Below are positions 29,934 through 38,754 of a stretch of 55,853 bases of DNA, in pieces (the first letter of the stretch is position 1; each line of letters begins with the position of its first letter). The notes under the pieces were generated by a model. It was not told the DNA's origin. It saw only the letters and a program-made list of their open reading frames with translations, and did no database searches. The stretch comes from Clostridia bacterium (GTDB lineage: Bacteria; Bacillota; Clostridia; RUG12999): the NCBI GenBank assembly GCA_045546415.1, contig JAZQCS010000071.1, forward strand, positions 1 to 55,853, given 5' to 3'. Position numbers and translations under genes: made by a program.

Positions 29934-31178
29934 TTATTTCTCGGCATCCTGCCGTGAATTTCTTCTTACAAGTGAATTGGGAATGACCTTGCCCGGTGTT
30001 TTCAGCTTTACAATCATTGTTGCGTGAGGTGCGGAATTGATGTCAAAGCCTTTTTCGTCGGTCATATAATCCGCATTAAATTTCATAAAACCCGGGACCA
30101 TGGGCTGAATAATTTCAAGCTCCTCACCACGGAAAAAGCGGTTTCTCTGCTCAATGGTTGCAATGCCCGTTTCCTCGTCGTAATCCTTAACCACGCCCAC
30201 AAGGTCGTAGTTTCTCACATACGATGAGGTTTCGTAAACCTGGCTTTCCGCCGTGGTTTTACCCTCAAAAAAGCCTGTGCAGTACCTTCTGTGGCTTACC
30301 TTTTTAAGCTCCTCCATGAGCTCGGGGTTGAATTCGTAATAACTGCCGTCACGGTAATATGCATCAATGGCTTCACGGTAGGCCTTAACCACCGAAGCCA
30401 CATAATATTCGGTTTTAACTCTGCCTTCAATTTTAAGGGAGGTTACTCCTGCATCAATAATTTCGGGCAAATATTCAATAAGGCACAAATCCTTTGAATT
30501 GAAAATGTAGGTGCCTTTTTCGTCCTCATAAACCGGGTAATATTCCCCGGGGCGCTTTTCTTCCATAAGGTGATAATTCCACCTGCAGGGTTGTGCACAG
30601 GCACCACTGTTACTGTCACGGCTTATCATATAGTTACTCAGCAGGCATCTGCCCGAGTAAGAAACGCACATTGCGCCGTGAACAAACATTTCAAGTTCAA
30701 GTCCCACGGGAGTTTTACTGCGGATTTCTTTAATTTCCTCCATGGAAAGCTCACGGGCAAGCACCACTCTTTTTGCACCAAGCTTGTAAAAAGCGGTGGC
30801 GGTGGCGGTGTTTACAATGTTTGCCTGGGTGCTTACATGAATATCAAGTCCGGGTACATTTTCCCGAAGGGCAATAAGTGTGCCAAGGTCCGCAACAATA
30901 GCGGCATCAACCTTAAGGGAATGGGCAATTTTTGCCGCTTCCACAATTTTTTCAACATCGTCGTTATGGGGAATAACATTCAGGGCAATGTAAACCTTTA
31001 CCCCTTTTTTGTGGGCAAATTCCACGCCCTGACGGATATCCTCCACCGAAAAATTTTCTGCTGCGGTACGCAGAGAAAAGGCTTCACCGCCTATGTATAC
31101 CGCATCCGCACCGTAAAGCACGGCAAATTTAAGTTTTTCAAGGCTCCCGGCAGGAGCAAGAAGTTCAATTCTGTTCAT
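29934..31178 (-). CDS. U32-family peptidase / tRNA hydroxylation protein (TrhP/YrrO-like)
   Basis: ELLAPAGS, YGADAVYIGG, HVSTQAN, FVHGAMCVSYSGRCLLS, CAQPCRW, SLKIEGR; follows mltG and the O-methyltransferase. Confidence 0.92.
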   Translation of the reverse strand: MNRIELLAPAGSLEKLKFAVLYGADAVYIGGEAFSLRTAAENFSVEDIRQGVEFAHKKGVKVYIALNVIPHNDDVEKIVEAAKIAHSLKVDAAIVADLGTLIALRENVPGLDIHVSTQANIVNTATATAFYKLGAKRVVLARELSMEEIKEIRSKTPVGLELEMFVHGAMCVSYSGRCLLSNYMISRDSNSGACAQPCRWNYHLMEEKRPGEYYPVYEDEKGTYIFNSKDLCLIEYLPEIIDAGVTSLKIEGRVKTEYYVASVVKAYREAIDAYYRDGSYYEFNPELMEELKKVSHRRYCTGFFEGKTTAESQVYETSSYVRNYDLVGVVKDYDEETGIATIEQRNRFFRGEELEIIQPMVPGFMKFNADYMTDEKGFDINSAPHATMIVKLKTPGKVIPNSLVRRNSRQDAEK

Positions 31179-31211
31179 AGGGTTCTCCTTATGTGTGTTT
31201 TTTGGTTTGAA

Positions 31212-31313
31212 TGTCATTCTGAGGAAAAAGCTTTAGCTTTGACCGAAGAATCTCATAAAAGAACCTTGAAAACAAAGAGATTCTTCAGTCGCAAAAGCTC
31301 CTTCAGAATGACA
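31212..31313. repeat. Long imperfect palindrome, TGTCATTCTGA...TCAGAATGACA family interspersed repeat
   Basis: TGTCATTCTGAGG...GAAGAATCTC / GAGATTCTTC...CTTCAGAATGACA inverted arms, inserted between two co-oriented operon genes. Confidence 0.8.
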
Positions 31314-31329
31314 GCGCACGATAATGGCT

Positions 31330-31980
31330 TTATTTGATTTTTCTGGATATTCCCACACCGTCACCCAGGGGAATAACCGAGGTTTCAAGCTGCTCGTGGT
31401 GGGTTATTTCGTAAAGATACCCACGAAGGTTACGGGCAATGGTAATGTGCTTTCTTGGTGCCAATTCCTCGCTTGCCACAATTCCGCGGTAAAGGATGTT
31501 ATCGGTAATAAGTGTACCGCCAACCTTTAAAAGGCGAAGACAATGAGGCAGAAACTTTGAATACTGCCCTTTTGCCGCATCAAGAAAAACAAAGTCAAAT
31601 TCTCCTTCAAGGGCAGGGAGAATTTCCGCCGCATCTCCTTCCATAAGGGTAACACGGTTTTCAATGCCGGCTCTTTTGAAATTTTCCATTGCCATAGGTA
31701 TAACATCGCCATTACGCTCAATAGTTACAATTTCACAATCCGGTGTGCCTATTCCGGAAAAATAAATTGCAGAATAGCCTATTGCCGTGCCTACCTCAAG
31801 AATTTTCTTTGGCGGGTCGTATTTAAACAGCACCTTCAGAAACTGTGCCACCTCAGGCTGTATTATAGGAATGTAGGGGTCCTTTGCAAACTCCTCAAGT
31901 TCCTTTAAAAGTGCGTTGTTTTCAGGTAAAAGCGAACGGAGATAATCGTTCAGCTCAGGGTAAACAATTCTTTCCTCCAC
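31330..31980 (-). CDS. O-methyltransferase (YrrM/TrmR-like)
   Basis: IPII, ILEVGTAIGYSA, FDFVFLDAAKGQY, DNILYRG, PLGDGV. Confidence 0.92.
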   Translation of the reverse strand: MEERIVYPELNDYLRSLLPENNALLKELEEFAKDPYIPIIQPEVAQFLKVLFKYDPPKKILEVGTAIGYSAIYFSGIGTPDCEIVTIERNGDVIPMAMENFKRAGIENRVTLMEGDAAEILPALEGEFDFVFLDAAKGQYSKFLPHCLRLLKVGGTLITDNILYRGIVASEELAPRKHITIARNLRGYLYEITHHEQLETSVIPLGDGVGISRKIK

Positions 31981-31982
31981 GG

Positions 31983-32990
31983 TTATCGGTTTCCTTTCTT
32001 TTCTTTATGTTCTTCAAAGGTTTCGGAAAACATATTTCCGCCTTTGCCGTCTGCAACAAAAAACAGATAGTCGGTTTCTGCCGGGTTTGCTGCCGCTTCA
32101 ATTGCCGCTTTTCCCGGAGAACAAATTGGTGTGGGAGGCAAACCGGCATTTCTGTAGGTGTTATATGGGGAATCTATATAGGTATCCTCAATTGAAAGCA
32201 CATCCTTAGGAACCTCGAACAGATAGTTTACCGTTGCACAGCTTTCCAGCCTCATGCCAATATCAAGGCGGTTGTGGAACACCGAGGATATTTTATCCAG
32301 GTCACCTACCCCCTCTTTTTCAATAACAGAAGCAAGGGTTATGAACTCCCTTGTGGTCATTTCAAATTCCTTTGCCTTTGCGGAAATTTCTGCGGTATAA
32401 ACCTTTTCAAACTCCTTCAGCATTGTGTCAATTAAAGTGTGAGGCTCCGAGCCTTTATCAAAAAAGTAGGTATTGGGGAACAAAAATCCCTCAAGGCGGT
32501 TAGCCTCACCTACAGGTATTCCTTCAAGAAAAGCATAGGGGAAAGCCCCCTCCTGTGCTTCCTTCATAAACTCTTCAGCGGTACAGAAGCCGCTTTTTTC
32601 CATAACCTCCGCCACCTGGGAAAGCTTGTAGCCTTCAGGGACGGTTACCTTAACAAGACCTGCTGTGCTATATCCGGTAAGGATACTTAAAATATCCATA
32701 TACGACATTTTGGGGCTAAGCTCAAAGGTACCCACCTTAATTTCGGGGGCTTTCCCCGAAAGGCGCAATACCGCCTTGAAAACAAAACGGTTATACACAA
32801 TTCCTTCCTTTTCAAGCAAGGCAGAAATGGAATCCCCTGTCATGCCGGGTGTTATTTCAACAGTAACCTGCCTGTCCTTTTTTAAAACTCCGTGAAAGCC
32901 GTTTGTAGTAAAAAAAGCACAAAAAACCAGACCGCTTACAAGCGTAAGCAGGAGAAGTTTTTTGTGCCATGTTCTTTTCTTATCTGTCAT
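31983..32990 (-). CDS. mltG: Endolytic transglycosylase MltG (YceG)
   Basis: N-terminal TM, VTVPEG, LEGFLFPNTY, LASVIEKE, SVFHNRL, SPYNTY, GLPPTPICSPG, YLFFV. Confidence 0.95.
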   Translation of the reverse strand: MTDKKRTWHKKLLLLTLVSGLVFCAFFTTNGFHGVLKKDRQVTVEITPGMTGDSISALLEKEGIVYNRFVFKAVLRLSGKAPEIKVGTFELSPKMSYMDILSILTGYSTAGLVKVTVPEGYKLSQVAEVMEKSGFCTAEEFMKEAQEGAFPYAFLEGIPVGEANRLEGFLFPNTYFFDKGSEPHTLIDTMLKEFEKVYTAEISAKAKEFEMTTREFITLASVIEKEGVGDLDKISSVFHNRLDIGMRLESCATVNYLFEVPKDVLSIEDTYIDSPYNTYRNAGLPPTPICSPGKAAIEAAANPAETDYLFFVADGKGGNMFSETFEEHKEKKGNR

Positions 32991-33020
32991 AAGTATCAAC
33001 CTCGTTTTTATGTGGAGAAG

Positions 33021-33506
33021 CTACTCTCCTATAGCCGCTTTGTTTCTGGCAATAATCTTGTCGGTTTCCTCTGCAAGCACGCCCTCAAGGAAAATACACT
33101 CATTGCCGTTTACCACAAGGTTTTTATCTTCAAAGTGGTAGTAGGTTACAGAAGCATTTTCGTCAGATTTCAGCTCCTCCTTTGAATGGTAAACCGCAAA
33201 GGCATATTCATCCAAAGCACCATCATTATATTTTGCAGGGATATTTTTACCGAAATCCTTAAAATAATATTCCTCAAAAACATACTGTAAACCGTCAACA
33301 CCGGTACGCTCTGCTCTGCCCTCATCAATAAGCACATAGCTCACCTGAAGCATCCCGCTTTCTTCATCAAAGCTTGCAACGGTGCGGACTGTGTTGTTTA
33401 TGTCGTCAATATACCATCTGCCGCCATCCAGCTCAATGCCGTCTGAGCATCCGCAAAGAAGCAGCACCGAAACCATAATCAGGGCTGAAATTTTTGCAAT
33501 TTTCAT
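33021..33506 (-). CDS. Hypothetical lipoprotein (paralogue 4 of tandem set)
   Basis: Signal peptide with lipobox LLLCGC; GRW, YYHFEDKNLVVNG motifs shared with neighbours. Confidence 0.75.
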   Translation of the reverse strand: MKIAKISALIMVSVLLLCGCSDGIELDGGRWYIDDINNTVRTVASFDEESGMLQVSYVLIDEGRAERTGVDGLQYVFEEYYFKDFGKNIPAKYNDGALDEYAFAVYHSKEELKSDENASVTYYHFEDKNLVVNGNECIFLEGVLAEETDKIIARNKAAIGE

Positions 33507-33523
33507 AAAAGTCTCCTTAAAAA

Positions 33524-33982
33524 TTAATCTTCAACGCGTTCAAAAAGGCATCCGTCAAGAGTAAGCTTATCATCCTCAACGGTATAAAAGCTCAGGCTTC
33601 CGCCAACAATGCTGAGTTTTCCGTCCTCGGACCGTTCCATCTCTTCTCGGCTTGCAAAAACCCTTATGGCAAGCCTGCCTGCCGCAAGCTCCTTTTCTTC
33701 GGGAGTAAGCTCTTCCTCCGGCACAAAGCTGTAAAAGCTTTCACCGCTTAAAGAATCCAGCATTTCCTGAGTAATTCCGTATGCTTCAACAGCTGTGGGG
33801 TCGGAAACGGTATAAACAGAAGAAAATCTGCCGTCATCACGGAAGGTGGTTACGGTGTAGTAGCCCACATTTTCCGTTCTCCATACGCCAACAATATCCT
33901 CAGGCTTGTTTTTTGAACATGATACAAGCAAAATTGAGCATAAAAACATGGTAACAACTGAAAAAAGAGTAGTTTTTTTCAT
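33524..33982 (-). CDS. Hypothetical lipoprotein (paralogue 3)
   Basis: Lipobox LLVSC; IVGVW, TFRDDG, FYTVEDDKLTLDG. Confidence 0.78.
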   Translation of the reverse strand: MKKTTLFSVVTMFLCSILLVSCSKNKPEDIVGVWRTENVGYYTVTTFRDDGRFSSVYTVSDPTAVEAYGITQEMLDSLSGESFYSFVPEEELTPEEKELAAGRLAIRVFASREEMERSEDGKLSIVGGSLSFYTVEDDKLTLDGCLFERVED

Positions 33983-34002
33983 TTTTCAAAATCCTTTCGG
34001 GT

Positions 34003-34329
34003 TTATTTTACTATTCCGTAGCATTCACCCTTAAAATAAAGCTCTTTATTACGGATGTAGTACGGAATGAACACCCCGTTTTCACCTTTTTCGGCATCTG
34101 AAGGGGTTTTGTAAGTGATGACATAGCAATTGTCTTTTTCACCTTTTTTATCGGTGTAATAAAAAATCTGTTCTGTGTCCTGAGTTTTTATGGTAAGCAC
34201 GCCCTCCTCCGAGAAGGTTACGCTACCCCATTCATTCTCCCAGTATGTACCCTTTACACGGTCTGCCGAGCATGAGCAAAGGGCAAGGCACAGAAGAACA
34301 GCTGTAAGAACTAAAGATATTTTTTTCAT
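34003..34329 (-). CDS. Hypothetical lipoprotein (paralogue 2), 108 aa
   Basis: Start re-assigned to ATG 34329 (MKKISLVLTAVLLCLALCSC lipobox); KGTYW, TFSEEG, YYIRNKELYFKG. Confidence 0.75.
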   Translation of the reverse strand: MKKISLVLTAVLLCLALCSCSADRVKGTYWENEWGSVTFSEEGVLTIKTQDTEQIFYYTDKKGEKDNCYVITYKTPSDAEKGENGVFIPYYIRNKELYFKGECYGIVK

Positions 34330-34366
34330 ATCAAACTGCGTGTGAAGGCACACGCCCTCCTGGAAA

Positions 34367-34855
34367 TTATTTAACTTTTGTAAACTTTGTTTCGGAATAT
34401 TCCGGTATACCGGTTGCGGAATCTGTTGTTCCGCTGCGCTGACAGGTTGTGAGTGTATCTCCTTCAACAGTGAAATATATTGTTTCACCGGGAAGGTTGT
34501 TTTTCACATCCTCCTCTGTAAGATAGCTCGTTATTGCCATTTTCCCTGCAAGAAGCTCCTGCTCTGCCCCGGAAAGACCGGACAGGTCAGGCTCCTCCTC
34601 AACCTCATAAAGGCAGGAAATGTTTTTTGAGCTGACAATGTCAGGGTTTACACCTGCGCCTTCAGCCGCTTCCATATCGGTTACGGTACAGAAGGTGGTC
34701 ATAACCTTATCCTCACCGAAGGCAACGGTCATTCTTACTCCGTTCTGCTCGGTGTACCAGGAACCGGTAATATGCTTTTCGGGACCTTTGCCGCAGGAAC
34801 ATAAAACAAGCATAAGCACAATAATTAAAGCTGATAATTTAACTGTTTTTTTCAT
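34367..34855 (-). CDS. Hypothetical lipoprotein (paralogue 1)
   Basis: Lipobox VLCSC; ITGSW, AFGEDK, YFTVEGDTLT; AAGGAG RBS. Confidence 0.78.
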   Translation of the reverse strand: MKKTVKLSALIIVLMLVLCSCGKGPEKHITGSWYTEQNGVRMTVAFGEDKVMTTFCTVTDMEAAEGAGVNPDIVSSKNISCLYEVEEEPDLSGLSGAEQELLAGKMAITSYLTEEDVKNNLPGETIYFTVEGDTLTTCQRSGTTDSATGIPEYSETKFTKVK

Positions 34856-34920
34856 AAAAATTCTCCTTAAACGGGTTATGCTTTTATTGTAAAATTCGTG
34901 TACGATTTAGATGCCAGTCA

Positions 34921-35122
34921 TTTTAGCTAAATTTTGCAACAAGTTGCAAAGCTAAATTATTCCACTTCGTTCCATAGCTAAATTGTTTCTCTCGAAACAG
35001 CTAAATTAAATTCGCCGTTTAGCTGACCGTAAGGTCAATTTAGCTACGAAGTAATTTAGCGTGCGTTAGCACATTTAGCTCGCCGTCAGGCGAATTTAGC
35101 TGAATTCAACTTTGTTGAATTC
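34921..35122. repeat. Array of GCTAAAT / TTTAGC motifs interleaved with short hairpins
   Basis: Four direct (A)GCTAAAT copies (34925, 34950, 34976, 34999) then five inverted TTTAGC copies (35018-35101), separated by variable hairpins such as TTTGCAAC-AA-GTTGCAAA, GACC-GTAA-GGTC, GTGC-GTTA-GCAC, CGCC-GTCA-GGCG. Confidence 0.85.
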
Positions 35123-35151
35123 ATTATATCATAAAAAACGCGATTTTTCAA
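35123..35151 (-). promoter_or_regulatory. Sigma-A promoter upstream of the hairpin array and lipoprotein-mltG operon
   Basis: Minus strand TTGAAA-17-TATAAT with extended TG. Confidence 0.72.
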
Positions 35152-35158
35152 CAGTAAA

Positions 35159-37153
35159 TTAATATTTTTGTTTATGAAGATTTTCCTTCAGCTCACCGCT
35201 TTCATAAGCCTCAAGCAGGGCGGTTAAATCCTCAATGGTTTTCAGAATTTCCTTACCGTCATCGGTTTCTATAACCCTTATGGGCTCGGTGGGCCGTTCA
35301 AACACGGTGGATTTCGAAATTATATCGCTTCCCTCACTTATTGCCTTTGCTTTGCCGGCAAAGGGGCCGTGGGCGGATATTCTCATTTTGTTTGCGCTGT
35401 AAACCAGGGTGTAGCCTGCAATTCCGGTGGTTTTGTGGTAAGCCTTACAGAAACCGCCATCAATAACAATCAGTCTGCCGCTTCCCTTTACAGGGCTTTC
35501 TCCCGCTTTGGAAATTACCGGCACATGGCCGTTTATAATGTGAGAATGAAGACCGCCTCCGCAGGAATTTTCAAGGGAAAATTCTTCAAAAATGGTGTCA
35601 ATTACCCTGTCGTTATCAACATTCGCGTAATAGGCATTTTTAGGCTCTGCATAGGTTTCAGGAGCCTCCACAAGGAGTCGCTCGAAGGTGGCAATTTTAA
35701 GCCTTCCGCAAAGAGGGGAATTTTTACCGCACCAAAGAAACCACATATAGTCCAGCCCTTTGCACCGCGCCGGACTGCCCTCGGGAGAATAAAACCCTTT
35801 ACGGACAGTTGTTTCAAGGTAATCCATAAGCGCTTTGCCGTGAAGCTTTGTGCCGTCAAATTCAAAATCCATAAGCGTTCCGTCATCATTCAGCGGAACA
35901 CAGCCGTGAAGCAGAAGGTTAGAATTGTGAATTCTGTAAAGGTCACCCTTTTCAAAAAGGAAATCCACATGTCTCTGAAGCTTTTCACTTTTGCGGAAAG
36001 CGGTTTTAAGGTAATTTATAACCTCAAGCTCACCTTCTGTAAAGGCAAGGGGGTCTTTTTCGTTAACTGTGGGGAAATCTGCATCACGGAGGGGATAATT
36101 CTTACCCTCAATGTTAACTGTTGCATTGGAGTAATTAATTTTATCCAAAAGAATTCTATCGTCCATATTGAACCAAGGATTTCTCCGTATAAGCTCCGCT
36201 TCAGCCTTGAACTGAATTATTGCAATTGCCTTATGCATACGCGCCATAAGGTAGGTATCCTTTTCCGTACCCACATCTCCCGAATCCTTAGGCATAAAAG
36301 CGGAAATGTCACAATCGGAATAGGTGGCATTTGCAAAAAGGGCAAGGGGGCGCAGGCTTATTCCGTAGCCAATTTCAATAACATCCAGGTTTTTGTAGGT
36401 TATGGAATTGTTCAGCACGGTGGCAATGCAGGCGGTACTTCCTCCTGCGGCACCCATCCATAAAATATCGTGGTTGCCCCACTGAATATCAACATTTGTA
36501 CCTGCCGAAATGGCTTCCATAATAACATCCGGGCGTGAGCCCCTGTCGAAAATATCTCCCAGAATGTGCAGACGGTCAACGGCAAGGCGTTTAATGGTGT
36601 CACTAAGGGCAACAATAAAGTCCCGTTTACGGTTTGTGCTTGCTATTGTTGATATGATGTTGTTGTAATAATCCTTACGGTCAAAGGAGCCCTGAATACC
36701 GCCAAGAAGCTCTTCGAGAATGTAGGCATAGGATGCCGGTAAAAGCTTACGGGTTTTTGAACGGGTATATTTTGAGGCAAGCAAACGGCATATCTCAACC
36801 ATTTTGCGGATTATATCAGCGTACCATTCAGGTGTGGTTACACCGGTTTTTTCAAGCTCCTCAAGCTTTTCACCGGGGTAATAGATAATGGTAACTAAAG
36901 TGGTTATTTCCTCCTCCTTCAGCACGCCGCCGAAAAGCTGTTCTGTTTTTTCGCGGATAATTCCCGATGCGCTGCTGCGAAGATGCAAAAAAGCCTCGTA
37001 TTCCCCGTGAAGGTCAGAAAGAAAATGCTCTGTGCCTTTTGGCAAATGAAGAATTGCCCGTAGATTTATAATTTCCGAGGAAACATCGCTTATTGTGGGG
37101 TAGCTTTTTGCAAGCAGATTTAAAAGTTTGCGGTCAGCTTTTGTCAAAATCAA
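35159..37153 (-). CDS. fbp: Fructose-1,6-bisphosphatase class 3
   Basis: EIINLRAILHLPKGTEHFLSDLHGEYEAF, LHILGDIFDRG, DIQWGNHD, HIINGHVPV, VIDGGFCKAY. Confidence 0.96.
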   Translation of the reverse strand: MILTKADRKLLNLLAKSYPTISDVSSEIINLRAILHLPKGTEHFLSDLHGEYEAFLHLRSSASGIIREKTEQLFGGVLKEEEITTLVTIIYYPGEKLEELEKTGVTTPEWYADIIRKMVEICRLLASKYTRSKTRKLLPASYAYILEELLGGIQGSFDRKDYYNNIISTIASTNRKRDFIVALSDTIKRLAVDRLHILGDIFDRGSRPDVIMEAISAGTNVDIQWGNHDILWMGAAGGSTACIATVLNNSITYKNLDVIEIGYGISLRPLALFANATYSDCDISAFMPKDSGDVGTEKDTYLMARMHKAIAIIQFKAEAELIRRNPWFNMDDRILLDKINYSNATVNIEGKNYPLRDADFPTVNEKDPLAFTEGELEVINYLKTAFRKSEKLQRHVDFLFEKGDLYRIHNSNLLLHGCVPLNDDGTLMDFEFDGTKLHGKALMDYLETTVRKGFYSPEGSPARCKGLDYMWFLWCGKNSPLCGRLKIATFERLLVEAPETYAEPKNAYYANVDNDRVIDTIFEEFSLENSCGGGLHSHIINGHVPVISKAGESPVKGSGRLIVIDGGFCKAYHKTTGIAGYTLVYSANKMRISAHGPFAGKAKAISEGSDIISKSTVFERPTEPIRVIETDDGKEILKTIEDLTALLEAYESGELKENLHKQKY

Positions 37154-37257
37154 GCCCTGCCTTTCAAATTATTTATACCTGTTTCGGATTCTTACATTAT
37201 TATATATTTATTTTATCATAAAAAATACCGCATTTCAAGGAGAATTTAAAAAATATA

Positions 37258-37286
37258 TTGAAATTTTCTGAAAAATATGGTAAAAT
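37258..37286 (+). promoter_or_regulatory. Probable sigma-A promoter for the sodium-dependent transporter
   Basis: TTGAAA-17-TAAAAT with extended TG; a divergent TTGAAA...TGATAAAAT for fbp lies at ~37210-37238. Confidence 0.6.
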
Positions 37287-37327
37287 AAAGAAAGTGAAAA
37301 AATCTTATACATACGGAGGTAATTTTT

Positions 37328-38701
37328 ATGAACGAAAAACGCAGCACTTTCAGTGGAAAAATCGGTTTTGTTCTTGCAGCCGCAGGCTCTGCGGTAGGTC
37401 TTGGCAATATCTGGCGTTTCCCTTACCTTGCAGCAAAATACGGTGGCGGTATATTCCTTCTGGTTTACATTCTGCTTGCCGTTACCTTTGGCTTTACACT
37501 TATGACAGCTGAAATTGCACTTGGCAGAAAAACTGGTCTTTCCGCCATCGGTGCTTTCAAAAAGCTTGACAAACGCTTCGGGTTTGTAGGCTGGATAGCG
37601 GCACTTGTACCGGTAATTATCCTTCCCTACTACTCGGTTATAGGCGGTTGGGTGGCAAAATACATGACAACCTTTACCCTCGGCAAAGGCACCCTTGCAG
37701 CAAATGACGCTTTCTTTGTTGATTTCTGCGCAAGCTGGCAGCAGGGTCTTTTGTGGTTCGGTTTGTTTATGGGCATAACAGCTCTTATTGTTTTCTTTGA
37801 GGTTGACAAGGGCATTGAAGCGGTAAGTAAGGTTATGATGCCTGTGCTTGTTCTTCTTTCAATCGGCATTGCGGTTTACACCCTTTGTCAGGACGGTGCA
37901 ATGGCAGGTCTTAAATACTACCTTATTCCCAACATAAGCAACTTCAGGGTTGAAACCGTCCTTGCGGCAATGGGTCAGCTGTTCTACTCCATGTCCCTTG
38001 CAATGGGCATTATGATAACCTACGGCTCCTATATGAAAAAGGAAACCTCAATTGAATCTGCCGTTGGTAACATTGAGCTTTTCGATACCGGCATTGCTTT
38101 CCTTGCAGGTCTTATGATTATCCCCGGCATATCTGTTATGACAGGCGGAGCACTTCACCCCGAAGACCTTTCAAAGGGTCCCGGCCTTATGTTTATGGTG
38201 CTTCCCAAGGTGTTTGATAAAATGCCCGGCGGTCAGGTTGTAGGTGCCCTGTTCTTCATTATGGTATTCTTTGCGGCACTTACCTCCTCAATTTCCCTTA
38301 TGGAAACCGTTGTTTCCATTGTCCGCGACAAGCTTGGCTGGGGCAGAAAAACCTCTGCAGCGGTTGTACTGCTTGTAAGCGTAATTCTGGGTACTCTTTC
38401 TGTTCTTGGTAACGATGTTGGTGTAAGCGTATGGTCAAACATTAAAATTCTCGGTTTTGAATTCCTTGGCTTCTTCGACTTCATCAGTAACAGCGTAATT
38501 ATGCCCATAGTTGCACTTCTTACCTGTGTATTCATCGGCTATGTTGTTAAACCTCAGTTCATTACAGAAGAGGTTGAGCTTAACGGCAAGTTCAAACGCA
38601 AAGTGCTGTTTAATGTAATGATAAAATACATTGCGCCCATTCTTATTGTTGCAATTCTTATTTTCTCAGTGCTTGAAGGTCTTAAAATTATTAAGGTTTA
38701 A
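37328..38701 (+). CDS. Sodium-dependent transporter, NSS/SNF family
   Basis: AAGSAVGLGNIWRFPY, GGGIFL, QLFYSMSL, FFAALTSSISLME. Confidence 0.95.
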   Translation: MNEKRSTFSGKIGFVLAAAGSAVGLGNIWRFPYLAAKYGGGIFLLVYILLAVTFGFTLMTAEIALGRKTGLSAIGAFKKLDKRFGFVGWIAALVPVIILPYYSVIGGWVAKYMTTFTLGKGTLAANDAFFVDFCASWQQGLLWFGLFMGITALIVFFEVDKGIEAVSKVMMPVLVLLSIGIAVYTLCQDGAMAGLKYYLIPNISNFRVETVLAAMGQLFYSMSLAMGIMITYGSYMKKETSIESAVGNIELFDTGIAFLAGLMIIPGISVMTGGALHPEDLSKGPGLMFMVLPKVFDKMPGGQVVGALFFIMVFFAALTSSISLMETVVSIVRDKLGWGRKTSAAVVLLVSVILGTLSVLGNDVGVSVWSNIKILGFEFLGFFDFISNSVIMPIVALLTCVFIGYVVKPQFITEEVELNGKFKRKVLFNVMIKYIAPILIVAILIFSVLEGLKIIKV

Positions 38702-38754
38702 AACCCACAAGAGTGCCTCCCGGAAAGGGAGGCACTTTCCAAAAGGAGACATCT

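Noticed and set aside
34921-35122. CRISPR array or tRNA cluster
   Set aside because: Repeat unit is only 6-9 nt, orientation flips midway, and there are no cloverleaf/T-loop signatures.
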